Assembly (NCBI GenBank): GCA_032718475.1
Contig: JAUCBJ010007173.1
Coordinates: forward strand, 171,916 to 235,915
DNA length: 64,000 nucleotides
Reading direction: 5' to 3'
Source of the DNA: Nemertoderma westbladi
Lineage: Eukaryota; Animalia; Xenacoelomorpha
Shown: in pieces, positions 13,566 through 25,834 of the stretch
How the letters are laid out: each line of letters opens with the position of its first letter
Numbering within the stretch: the first letter of the stretch is position 1
Notes under the pieces: generated by a model
What the model saw: only the letters and a program-made list of their open reading frames with translations
Database searches by the model: none
What the model was told of the DNA's origin: nothing
Translations under genes and position numbers: made by a program

Positions 13566-14226
13566 GGGATTCTAAAGTATGCAAGGGAACCACCAGGAAA
13601 GAATGGAGTAAGTTTGTCGATTCGGTGGAGAGGAGCGGATATATGGTTCTGGACGATGAGGGGACCATAGAGGATGAGGATAGGACGAGGAAGGGCTCAG
13701 GGGGGTTGGGTAGAACTATATTGCTGCATCTAACTGCGCTGAATGGAGATATTTTTCTGTTCGACCTGGGGACCTACGGCAAGAAAGACGTATCAAAGTT
13801 GAACCATCTACCGGATGTGGTGCAGAAGCTGGTGAGATCGAAGACTACGATCAAGATTGGATCGGCGATATGCGACAAAACGGAGAGGATTATTGGACTG
13901 AACACCCTGAGTCTTGCGGATACACAGGTAGTCTATATGGCTATGATGAAGCCAGATGGATTAGGACTGGTGCATATCACGGGACAATACTGAGCTGTAG
14001 TGATGGGTCAGCTGATGAGACTCGTATGCAACAAGCCAATGGAGTGGAAGAAGTTCCGAGAAGAGTTTGTAGCGGAACTGACGGATTCACTCAAGTGGGG
14101 CGCGAGACCAGTGAGGGAGAAGTTGTATCACTTCCAAAGGGGGGCGATTAAGACATACCAGAAGAGTTATATCTTACAGGAGGACTGGATAATGATTGGG
14201 TTAGTGAACCTATTCATCACGGTGGT
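13566..14226 (+). pseudogene. DEDDy-type (WRN/EXD/RNase D-like) 3'-5' exonuclease ORF, 5' part, interrupted by a BEL insertion
   Basis: MVLDDEG (ExoI DxE), LLHLTALNGDIFLFDL, LPDVVQKLVRSKTTIKIGSAICD (ExoII), ADTQ, WGARP...QKSYILQED (ExoIII-like). One in-frame stop at 13991-13993. Recognised by motif pattern only. Confidence 0.65.
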
Positions 14227-15447
14227 TGTAAAAGCTTTTGCGGAATTGCCCGGTTATTTTCCCCGTAAAGTACTCTGTAGTTGGTTTAGCAGGCATAAAA
14301 GGCCGTGTCATTGCTGTACCGGTGTTTTTAGGGGACATAAAAGTTATTTCTTCTGTATGTGTACTTTGGAGGACATGATTAGCAATTCTATGACGCAACG
14401 CCCTAGATCCTCTTGAAACAGTGTCGTTACTATGACGACAGCTAACGGCTGAGCTTTACACGTGTAGCTTGCCCGGAGCCTTGCCTTGGTTCTTTGTTCT
14501 GCTCAGCTCAAAATGACGACATCTATCAGCTGTGTCCACGTGGAGCCTTTTGCCATTCGACCAATCAGAGATTCCCTCTTTGTTGTAAAAGCTGTACAGC
14601 AGAATTACAGGATTCAGTACTGACGTTTCCCCCACGCCTAGAACACCGGCCGGAGAATGTTTTCTGACATTAGAGCGTCTTTAATTATAAGATCATCAAA
14701 CGGTTATCACGGTTTTGCACCTCGGCATCTGATTAAGCATCCTGACGTAAACTGCTTTTCGCCGCATTATTTACTGCTATTTACTGTGTTGTTAATTGTA
14801 TCGTTCGTTTACTTATTATTATTGGGAAGAATATTGATAACGATCCGAAAACCCAATCTTCTTGATACACTAAGGTTAGAGAGACCAGTTACATATAACA
14901 ATTTGCGACATACATTATCGTGGTTTGTAGTGAGTTCAATGCTACTTAATAGGCCCTACAAATGTCGGTTGTTATTCTCTTTATATATGATTAAAATCAG
15001 TGAATGTCGGCAATTCAGTGTGCAGTTGTGTGCAATAGTCTGTGTGTGCTTGACCGAGTAACAAAGCATTTCCTAAAGAATGCACTTTGGTGATCTATAA
15101 GACATACTGTTGTGTATAGTGTAAGTCATAGCTCTGTTTAAATAGATAGAGCGCCACGTCCTAAAGGAACTGCTAATATTTCCCGAAAGTGAATAATATT
15201 CGTCAGAGATTATATATTAACGATCAATCGAATAGTACGGTAGGCCTGCACCGCAATCAAATTAAAGCATCCAAATCCAGTCTCCCGGGTATATCCAGCG
15301 GGTGAATGGTCGCGCACAGACTGGCTTTGGCTAATGTTAGAATTATTATAGGTGTTCAATACTTGTCATAGGCTGGAGTAGATTTATAACCTAGAAGACA
15401 TATAGATTTGGCGGGTTAAACTGCCTAAGGTCTTAAAAGCGCAAACA
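14227..15447 (+). repeat. 5' LTR (1221 bp); candidate TATA-like TGTAAAA ~14584 and initiator TTCAGT ~14614
   Basis: Direct repeat of 25835-27055. The promoter assignment is inferred from motif spacing. Confidence 0.95.
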
Positions 15448-15458
15448 ATAACCGTTTG
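15448..15458 (+). promoter_or_regulatory. Non-tRNA primer-binding site candidate, complementary to LTR 14697-14707
   Basis: ATAACCGTTTG is the exact reverse complement of CAAACGGTTAT; no TGG start. Confidence 0.75.
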
Positions 15459-15801
15459 TTAAATTCTTGATTGCAGTGTAGGCAATAAATACAGTTTAAT
15501 ATTGTTCTGGTAAGAACAATAACAGTTTGAAGGATCTTGATTGCGGCGTAAGCGATCAAGACTAAAGTACCGGTCGACCGGTAACCAGTAGGCTTGACTG
15601 CCTGATCATCCGGACCGGTACTTACAACAGTACAGGTACAGCAGTATTATTCGATTTTGATAATTATATACCGGTAGGTCTTGATATTAAATCGGGGACT
15701 GCAGCCCTGGTTTTTTATTGGGATTTTTACTTATTTCTGTCAGTTTTATTTACTAGTAGGCTAATATTGAGCAGAAAGCGTGTAACCCTGCTCAGATTGT
15801 A

Positions 15802-16383
15802 CAGATAATTTGAGGCTGAACTGTTGTTCTGACTGTTGTTAGGCCTGAACGGATTGCAGTGCATGTAGAGTGTATGTCCGATAAAGAACGGTTAGGAAGT
15901 AGGGGCAGCCAGGCTGTAAGGTAAATCCCCACCTAAAGAATAAGTCGTACTACTAGGTTAGAACGCATACTACCTAACCATTTCGGAGTCTGCATGTCCT
16001 GTAGTTTATTTAGGCTTGATAGTAGTCTGCCAGCGTTTGGTCTGTACTTTGTTTGTGTAGTCTGTACAGGTACCGTAATATTTCTTATTCAGATAATTTA
16101 TAGGCTAGATTGTTGTCTGGCTGTTGTTGGGTCTGAAGGGATTGTAGTGTGTGTAGAGTATCTGTCCGATAAAGTGACGGTTAGGAAGTAGGGGCAGCCA
16201 GAGCTGTAAGGTAAATCCCCACCTAAAGAATAAGTCGTACTACTAGGTTAGAACGCATACTAACTAACTATTTCGGAATCTGCACATACTGTAATTTATT
16301 TAGGCTTGATGGTAGTCTGCCAGCATTTGGTTTGTAATTTGTTTGAGTAGTTTGTACGGGTAGCGTAATATTTATTATTCAGA
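15802..16383 (+). repeat. Two tandem ~288-bp structured repeats in the BEL 5' UTR
   Basis: Units start at 15802 and 16090. The central ~100 nt is nearly identical; the flanking arms are self-complementary. Confidence 0.85.
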
Positions 16384-17309
16384 GTTTATGCGATTATTCG
16401 CAACATTCATATCCCTAAGTTTATTCCTACAGTAATTGTGCTTGTTATATATACCGTTATAGTTAAATTAACCCCGGTACTACACGGGCTGCTTGGCGTA
16501 GGTAAAGACTGGTGATGTTGTGTACCGGTCACTCCAGCAGATGCCGTGGTTCTTTGGCTGTTCAAGTATTTTTAACTACTGATTATTTGTTGTACAAGTA
16601 CTTGTACCTAATTTAGGGTTTGGTGTACAGTGCTTTCCGAAAGTAATTAGCGTGTAGGCAGTGTATTGTGTTGTAAAGTGGTTAATAGGCACGTTGGATC
16701 TGGTAGTCCGCGGTAATTAACTTCTAGGTAGGAACACTCCGTGATACATAACGTAGTACCTATAGCGATACGGCTATAGGTCGTCAGACGGTGGTATTTT
16801 TCCTATCTGGACAACGCAGTATATTGACTACTGCTTTATTATTCTCAAATGCCGTAGTATCCTGTCAGTTGTAATAACCAGAAGTTCTAACAATTTGTTA
16901 GACTGGTTTGTAGTTTCCCTGTAAAATTAACCCTAAAAAATTCGTACGTAATATTTTTGTTGTGTTTAATTAGAGATTTAATCTCACCCGTATCGTAAGT
17001 AATTCGTAGATAAGTAACTTAGGAAGTAGAATTATTTGTTTTAGTGTCCAATAAGTAGCACTTCACTGAGAGCGCACAGCTTTTGTGTAGTGATTACTTC
17101 CCAGAAATAATAACATCTATTTCAATATTGTAACAAAACCCCTCATACGGGTACATATAAATCCACTAAATCTATTAATAAAATAGTAGGCCTGTTATAC
17201 AACACTTAGGTCTTAATATCAGTTGGACTGCTGCTCAAATAACGGTAATAAAGTGAGTAAAGTAACCAAGTAACCCCTAACATTCAGAAATTCAATTATT
17301 CTAAAATAA

Positions 17310-17620
17310 TTGACATACCGGTATTTACAATAGACTTATTATATTTATTCTATAAATTTAGGCTGAAATTATACCGGTATTCTGTAATTAATTCTAGTCC
17401 AGAATTATACTTATATCTACTATAAGTGTCAGCTGTATACCGGTATTCACGATAGGCCTATTATATATTTATATATATTTGTGCTAAAATTACATACTGG
17501 TATTCTGTGATAAATCTAGTCTGAAATAATACTTATGTATACTATAAGCATACCGGTATTCTAATATATTTTATATATATACCATGTTATACTGAGTAGC
17601 AGTATCGGTAATTAATTATT
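17310..17620. repeat. Degenerate AT-rich tandem repeats with an ATACCGGTAT palindrome about every 60 bp
   Basis: Motif copies near 17315, 17371, 17437, 17495 and 17550. Confidence 0.6.
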
Positions 17621-17698
17621 AGGCTAACAGTGATACTGAATTACTAGACTTACTTTAACTGTATTTATAGCCATAGGCATTCAACTGTGTAAACAAAC

Positions 17699-20600
17699 AT
17701 GTCAGACGCAACCCAATCACTGTCAGATAGTCTCTTAGAAAGTGTTAGAATGAGTATTAGACTTAGACAGCGTATTAAAAGGATCTGTGACCAAGATCAA
17801 AGTATAGAACATCCTAGATCCAAGTCTAAGTCACCTACTATTGTAAGAAAGGCCATCCCTACAGTAGTAGTGTCAGACCCTAAGGCTAGTAGAACACCGT
17901 AGGTCTATCATCGGCACTCGGGCCCAAGTCAAGCGGGATCAAGAAGCAGCTATCAAACAGCAGCAACATCCTAGCCAAGAACCTAGTTTTCAGCGGCCCG
18001 ATAGCTCCAGTAGTTCGGATACTGTTGAGCGGACGCCCGAACGCGGAGCGAAGATGGCGGATACGGTTTATGATGAAAGGCCAACCTATGAAGAATCAAC
18101 CGACGCCACTTCTTCTCAAGTGGAAAGCGAAGTGGAAAGCGAAGTGGAAAGCGAATTAACAGCAGCAGAGAAGCCGCGAACTAGAGACGCCATTGACATC
18201 TATCTGTCAGACTATCAGCGATTCCTAGGAGACGAAGAGTTGAGGAGACGACTGTCTGGACTTCGCCCTAATAGTGAAGGAACCAAGCTTGTGTTGGACT
18301 CAATCGATGCGGAAATGTTAGCTGCAAACCAAGCTAAATTTGATGAAAAACTCCGCCTCGCTAGAGTCCAAGAAGAACAAGTAAAGAAAAAACGGATAGA
18401 GGATCGAAAGGCAGCAGCAGTAGCAGCGGCAATGGCAGAAGCAGAAGTGGAAAGAAAGGCGGCAGCGGCAATGGCAATGGCAGTGGCAGAAGCAGAACGG
18501 AGAGCGTCTGAGGAGACTACCCAACTGGAGTTGGAAAATCTGCAAGAGACGCAAGACTGCATAAATAAACAGTTAACTGCTAGTCAAATGCAGATGATGA
18601 GTCGATCTACTCCCAAACGCCAAGAATACACATCATCGGAGGAAGGCGAAACCACCAATCCTGAAGGCGGAGGAAATAGATCTCGTCTAAGCAGGCGTAG
18701 AAAAACATCTCACCGTCACAAATTGCCTGATTTGCCCCCAGCTGTTAGAAGACAACTAGCTAGCACAGACTTAGGTAGTACAGAACCCACAGACCAAATT
18801 ATTAAGGTCAAAAGACTCCCCACGATAGTAGATGAGCCTGAAATAATTAGGCCTGTCGTTCCCAAAGCCACTCCTGTGCTAGAGACCCCTGTACTTCCAG
18901 AGCTTAACTCTAAATTCCCTCTACACAGTACTACACTGCCTGTACCCGGTAGAACAGTCCATGAGAATATCCCTGTCCTGGACGCTGAGAGAGAAATCAA
19001 AGATTTGTCTCCCGTCGTCCCGCGTCTGCCCGCTACAATGTTGGCGACTCCCGCTTCGGCGGTCGAGTGGGTAGAGGAGGGACGGCGGGGGATGAATCTC
19101 CTGCTCGGACAGATGCAGGAGACTGTCCACCAACTCAAGGGAACATTAAGGGAAAGTAGGGTAGAATTGCAAGAAGTGCAGCAAAGCATCGCGCTAGAAC
19201 GCGACAAATTAGTCAATATACAAAAGGGTATACCAATACCCCCTGTAACATAGTGTCAACCTGTTAGGTCTGAAGTATTACATGCGCAAGGTGTGGAGCC
19301 TACACGCATCTATACTGCTAGTGAAGTAGAAACTCCTATAGCAAACCCTATTAAGGGTGATTATAAACCTGTTGTTGATGATATTCCCTATAGACCTGAT
19401 AATAATCCGGGAAATTTATATACCGATAATTCGATATTAAATAACACGATGGCCCAAGAAAGCTTTACGCGTCAATGGCTAGAACAGAAGCCCGCCAAGC
19501 GGTCAAAGTGGGAGAAATCGTCAAATTCAATGGAGATGAGATGAAATGGTTACCTTTTAATGAATATTACAAAGATAGCATACAGAACTCTGTACTATCT
19601 AACGGAGAGAAACTTAGATTCCTCATCAAGTGCTTGGAAGGACCTCCCAAGTTAATGGCGTTAAAGTTTATTGGACATCCAGATGGATTAAGACAAGTTT
19701 GGGATACATTAAACATCAGGTATGGTAACAAGGATAACATAGCTAAGTATTTGTATGCAAAATTAGTAGCCCCCCGAAAGTTCCTTAGTAGCGGGATTAT
19801 AGAGTTTTCCGATGAGATTCAGGAGATCTGTAGACAATTGGATTGGTTAGGTAAGTCTCATGAATATCAGAGTTCCATGGTTATTGGAGCCATAGTCTCT
19901 ACTTTACCAAAGGGTGGAGTATGTACACGCTGGGACAAGAAAGTGTTGTATATGAATGAGCAGCAACGACGAGGCCCTACCATGGCTGATCTCATGTCCT
20001 TCTTAGATAGTGAAGTAAAATTACAACTCATAAAGCAGTCCAGAGAGAAAACATCGGAAAATAAGGTAAGTGAGAAACCCGTTTCTAGGAGAAGGGTAAC
20101 ACCAGTGTGTTATACTGACGACGGCGAAAGCCAAGCTTCTCAAGAAGAGGACAGCGGGAAAGACACAGCAAAATCTTACTATGACAACAAGACCTATAAA
20201 GACGTAAGTAAATATAAGTCTCGAACCAGTGACAGGAGAGAACAGGTAACAACAACTCCTCCTACATCTCCTAAGAGAATTCACGGAAGAAAGCCCGAAG
20301 AAAGAACGAGAGTGCATAACGTTACCCAAGGTAAAGTGAGTAACATCAAACCAAAATGTGCGCTGTGCGACGGGCCCCACCGTTTGAGTGTGTGTGCTGA
20401 ATTCCTAAAGAAATCCCTGGTAGACAGACGTGAAGTCATGTGGCATAAGCGGTTATGCTATAATTGCCTCAGACAAGGACACCAACGGCGAACCTGTTAC
20501 TCCGACGTAAAGTGTGCAAAGTGTGGTGCGAAACATCACATCTTGTTACACAGTGAATTCGAACGAAACAACCCGAGTCAGGTAAGTGAGCCCGAACTAC

Positions 20601-21790
20601 ATGTCCAATTCAGTGATGTAAATGACACTGATCAAGAATCTGAGATGGAAGGATTCTATACGGACGAATTCTCCGACGCCAACGAATCCTGTTACCTAAT
20701 AAATACCGCAGTGTATCGAGCACTTACGTATGAAAAGGACACCGACAATGAGTTCCCCCCAACTACCTTTGACAGACAACCATCTTGGAAACCTCCAACT
20801 TCCAACGTAGGAATCAGAGAATTTCCTGTAGTGCAGGTAAGAGTTCACGGTCCTAACAAAAGTTACATAGTGAACGCCCTCCTTGATTCCGGCAGCACAG
20901 GAACATTCATCGATCAAGAACTAGCCGAAGACATCTTTGCTGGACAACCCAAATTCCGAACTAAGTTGAATATGTCAGGAATTATGCAGGTTTGGAAATC
21001 TACCATAATGGCAGATTACTATGTAGGTGCGTTGTCCACCCCCCAGGATAAATTAGGAGAACAAAGTATAAGGTCAGTAAAAATGGTGGCTATAAAGAAC
21101 TTCGCTACTACCCAAGTAGAACCTTATAACTGGGACGAGGACGAGAGCATCCAGCAGCTTAAGATACCTCGATTCCACACAGATTATCCTGGAGTGCAAA
21201 TACTCATCGGCCAAAACGCGCATGAGGCGCTAGAGACATTGGAGAAACGGCCTGCTCAACCACAGCCACTACAAACCTATGCGGTAAGAACTAGAGTAGG
21301 TTGGTACTTCACTGGCCCTTCCCGTAGAACTCTCAAAGAGAGATTACCTCAAGAACAGGTATACCAAGTAAAGGAATGGGAAGTGGAGAGCAGTGAGGTG
21401 GACGACCCAACTGAGGGAACACCATACTCCTCAGATAATGACGATATTAACTCCAATGTAGATCAATGGAGACATTGCCTTGGGACGATTAATCCAACCG
21501 ATATTGCTTCCAGAGGAGCAACTCCTCAAGAACTGATAGATACTCCAGGCTGGTTAGGTGGATCCGACTTCTTAAGTAAAGAAGAAGAAGAATGGCCTCC
21601 TCATCTTACCACGGCGGAGATTAGACAGGCCAAGGGAGTGGAGAAAGTAACACAACAACTCAATAACCCAGCTGGTCGTTTATGTTTACTGGAAAGAGAC
21701 CGAAAACTGTCCGGAAACTATGGAAGGCAAGATACTCTTCCTACGACCACTTCCCTAATCCGACAAATATCTAGGGACTCCATAACGTAA
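17699..21790 (+). pseudogene. BEL Gag-protease polyprotein, broken by stops and frameshifts, fused to a short post-RNase H remnant
   Basis: KFNGDEMKWLPF...EKLRFLIKCLEGPP (Pao Gag), CALCDGPHRLSVC / CYNCLRQGH...C / CAKCGAKHH knuckles, ALLDSGS, RTRVGW, then a direct jump to QWRHCLGTINPTDIASRG. Confidence 0.9.
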
Positions 21791-23344
21791 TAACATATGG
21801 AGTGGGCGTGTGACTATATCATTTTATATTTGTTTTTATTTTATATTTATGTATGTATTATTATGTAATTTTATTATAATCGTTTTCTTTAATTTTATTT
21901 AGTAGAATGTTATTTTAGTGATTATTTAGTAGATTAGTGCAATATATTAGTGTTTATTACGTACGTAATTACTTATAATATATATTTAGTGCGACGGCGA
22001 GAAAATATTATTTTTTCTCTTTCCTTACTGTCCGTATCATATTACTAGAACGCCATCAAGATGGCTTTAAACGAACCTGTCTTACACAGACTCCAAGAAA
22101 CAGATGGGATTGGAAGATGCAAACCAAGAATGACTTGCATCAACCAAAAAACTGCCTCCCATCTAATGTAATACACATTCGCCTAGGCAAACAAATCATA
22201 ATCACAATTACTACGATGATGTGTGAAATGGTATCCATATCCGCAACCTGAGAAACGGCCCAAAAGAGCAGTTTATTCTGCGGAGGGGTCTTTTCTGTAT
22301 TAGATAAATAAAATAAAGAACACTATAATTACAGTATTTATACCTGATACATTCTCAGTTAGCCTAATAAAAACATCGGAGCAACCAATATAATGTACAT
22401 GTACAAGCATCCTATGAAAGTTTGTGAAATGTTCCCTTAAGTCTACCCAACAGCCGTTGGTACCCGGCTGGCAGCCACCCTGGTTCAGTTTTATGGTTTT
22501 GTTAGTTTAATCGACAGCTGTTGTAAACGTCCCAGATATACAAAACCTACTAAGCCTTTGCATTACAATTGAGCTTAGCCTAAGTTGATGACAGTATTAT
22601 AACGATAACAATTAGGCCCTATAGATACATACGATATATAAATGATGTACTGCTTGACATTACACTAACTGGCTGAATAGAGATAGAACTATAATAATAC
22701 GTTTGGCATTCTGTCAGATTTCAGTAGTAAGTAACCTCATAATAATTGCTAAATATCAATCACCTGAAAAACATTTCAAGCAAGGGAGTTGTGGGTATTT
22801 AATTTCGCGTTCAATAATGTTGAAAATATGCAAATATTTCGAATATCGCACTTCGAATCGTTCCCAACTTTTTTATTCAACAACTAGACAACAATTGATA
22901 AATACTTGCGTTTACAATTTTACAATGCATGCAAGTGGTTTCAAGCCATTTGGTGAACATACATAGTGAGTGATATAGTGACATATAATATAGTGATATA
23001 GGTAAATATATCCATCGTGTTTTTGCCAGCCTCAGCTTTAGACAAAAACTACCCAGTCTAAAGACAGGTTCGTTATAAATACGTGACTACAGTAAAATGA
23101 AATGTCCGTACTTATTAAAGTACAATAAAGCCACTACTATATTCAAGTATTATTGGTAGGCAGAGTATTAGGAATGCAAAGTTCAGATCCTCGTGTCTCG
23201 GCTAAACCAAGCTCTGGGTAGACCTTGGAAACGACTTGCCTCTTCACACTGACAGTGCTTCGTGCGATATTGCTCTCATACCATATATAATAATACATAT
23301 AGTAGCGTGATGTCCCTCTAACAGTAGCGTGAAACGCAAATAAA

Positions 23345-23660
23345 TCTGTTAAACCTTTTGACCATCTGTAATTCTAGTCGATTAAGATATCGCGGCACCC
23401 ACCGATATAGTTGAAAGACAAATTCTAGAATCAGTGGTTAACGTCCCCAGACGAGTTCTGGAATAAATTGGTGCCCATCTCAAATATTAATTATTTAATA
23501 TTTATAAATCTATAAATCAAAATCTGTAAAATTCAGATCCTTTAACAATTCTAGTCGATTAAGATATCGTAGCACTTACCGATACTCTTAAAAGACAATT
23601 TTCATAGAATTAAGGATCCTATGTCCCCAGACCTGCTCTGGAATCAAATTGTGTCAATTG
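23345..23660 (+). repeat. Two ~177-bp diverged direct repeats in the BEL 3' region
   Basis: AATTCTAGTCGATTAAGATATCG near 23370 and 23548; GTCCCCAGA...TCTGGAAT in both copies. Confidence 0.8.
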
Positions 23661-24464
23661 CACTATCAAATAATAAAATTTCAGGGAATAAATTTGAATT
23701 CATATTTTAATGAATTTAATAAATTGTCATTCTGTGCAATTTATAACATTCCCAAAATCCCATTAATTAATAGATCACGGGAGCGGAGATTCATCCTATT
23801 AAGTGTGTTAGAGTGTAAGAATCTCCCATGTATGAGTCAATAGCCGATAAAATTTATAAAATCATATATAAACGAGATATTGGACCATTAAAGAATTACT
23901 ATTAAATAGCATCCCAGATCTGTATGCATTGGAATTACCCTAATTCTACCGCTAGCTTTCCATAATGTCACCATAGTAACACCCACGCTAGAATTAGAAG
24001 CAAGTTAAAAAGAACAATAGAAAGCTTGCCCCATTGCATAGTAAGAAATAAATAGCGCACTGCTAGTATCCAAGGATACATAATAATAACGTGGCATTCT
24101 GGAAGGCACTGACTAACGGACAAATGGCCCGAGTGTGTGTAATTTGTGACAGTTGTGTGTGTGGAATTTGTGAGTTTATAGGCGAATGTTACTACTAAGG
24201 TGTGTTTACAGTAGCGAGTCGCAATTGTGAAAGTAACCCTAACTCTCCAGTAAGAACCTGAAGTGTATCTAAGCCTTTGGGACGGACAGTGGAGTGACTC
24301 GTGCTAGTGTCGTTGTCGTTGTGTAGCTACACGTTGGCGGAAAACACAGCGGCGACGATACATTTGCGCTGAGGCTCTTACACTGTCCGGGGGCTGATTG
24401 GGGTAGGCAGCGACGCTCGCTAGCCTAATTATAAGCTCATTATAATATTAATAAACTCATATAT

Positions 24465-25808
24465 AGCAGATATAACGGAGTTGATAGAAGATGGTCTTGG
24501 TATCGGGGAGCGATATACTCTACCTTTACAAGTGTTTGTTGATAGCTTGATACGCGGCGACGCTAGTCCAACTACTACGAAGGACGATGGTCGTTATATC
24601 GAACCGACGATTTCCTAGAAGCAACTTACGCGTGAATTGGACTATGGAAAATTCACCGCTCGCTACACGCATCGTAATAGTACGTATATGGACTTCTTAA
24701 CCATTGGCTATTCTATCGATTCACACGATACGGACTATGTCGAACATATATCCTACCCAGCGGAGTCGGAACGATAAACTGAAATTCGAATGCGAAAATT
24801 CTATTCGAAATCGACTCGAAAGAAAAGACATTTGAGAGACAAATGGACGCGGTAACTCTAACGTATATTTGGAATTCTTGATAGAAGCATTGCAACAACA
24901 AATAAATATCATCCGCGTTTCCCCTACCAGACGTGCGTCTTTGGTATTATTACGATAAATGCCCTAGACCCAACTAATAAACGGAAAGACATAAACATCC
25001 ACGGAAACCGAAACTTGTTCGACATATCACCTACGCTCGCGCGACTCAGACGATCCTTGAGTAAACCTACGATCATAGTTCCGGAATACTCGGTCAGACC
25101 ACCTCGTTCCTTGATTAGACCTCAGACTTTCGATTCTGATGGTATCCCGGATCCTCACGAGTTGTATTCACTGTTCAAAGATCTAGTGCTACCCTAACAA
25201 TTAATCGGTAACACTCCGGCAGCGAGCTCTAGCTAGCCGCCCATCTTACCTAGCCGTATTGGGACGTGGACACCTAATATCACCATTCAACCGTATGGTC
25301 GTCCCAGTTTAACGCGATACAACCCTTCATCAAGGTGAAGGAGAGCATTGTACGAAACGAGTTAAACGCTATTCTACAAAGATCAGAAAGGAAACCTGCG
25401 TTTGTTCAGATAAACGTAAGTTATAACAGCAAGTCCAAGCGGTAAACGAATTGGCTTATCTCAGTTCGATTGGGAAATCTTGAATCTCTAAGAAGATATC
25501 GAGCTTAGACAACCCTATTCTCTGCGAGAGTTTTGGACGAGCGTGTCCAACGACAAGCGGAGGAAAATCAGCTCGAGGAGAAGCAGATCGAAATGGACGA
25601 GACACTGACCGTAACCCTAAACCTTCTGATGCAATGGTATTGCACCCTTCACCCAGGAGTTATAGCCCTCCTAGTAAAGTGGCTCGCCCCAAAGAGAAAA
25701 GGACTCTTGCTAGTCTCAAGAAACTGCGTAAACGCCGTCCGCGCAAGAAAAACTAACTGTTTAGAGTATCTTTATATTTTAGAAACTGTGATTTTTTATA
25801 TTTTATAG
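24465..25808 (+). pseudogene. Possible decayed extra ORF of unknown family just before the 3' LTR
   Basis: Coding-like segments (ITELIEDGLGIG..., FDISPTLARLRR..., DERVQRQAEENQLEE...) separated by stops and frameshifts; no recognised motif. Confidence 0.4.
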
Positions 25809-25834
25809 ACTAAAATCCCATTTTCTGGGAGCGG

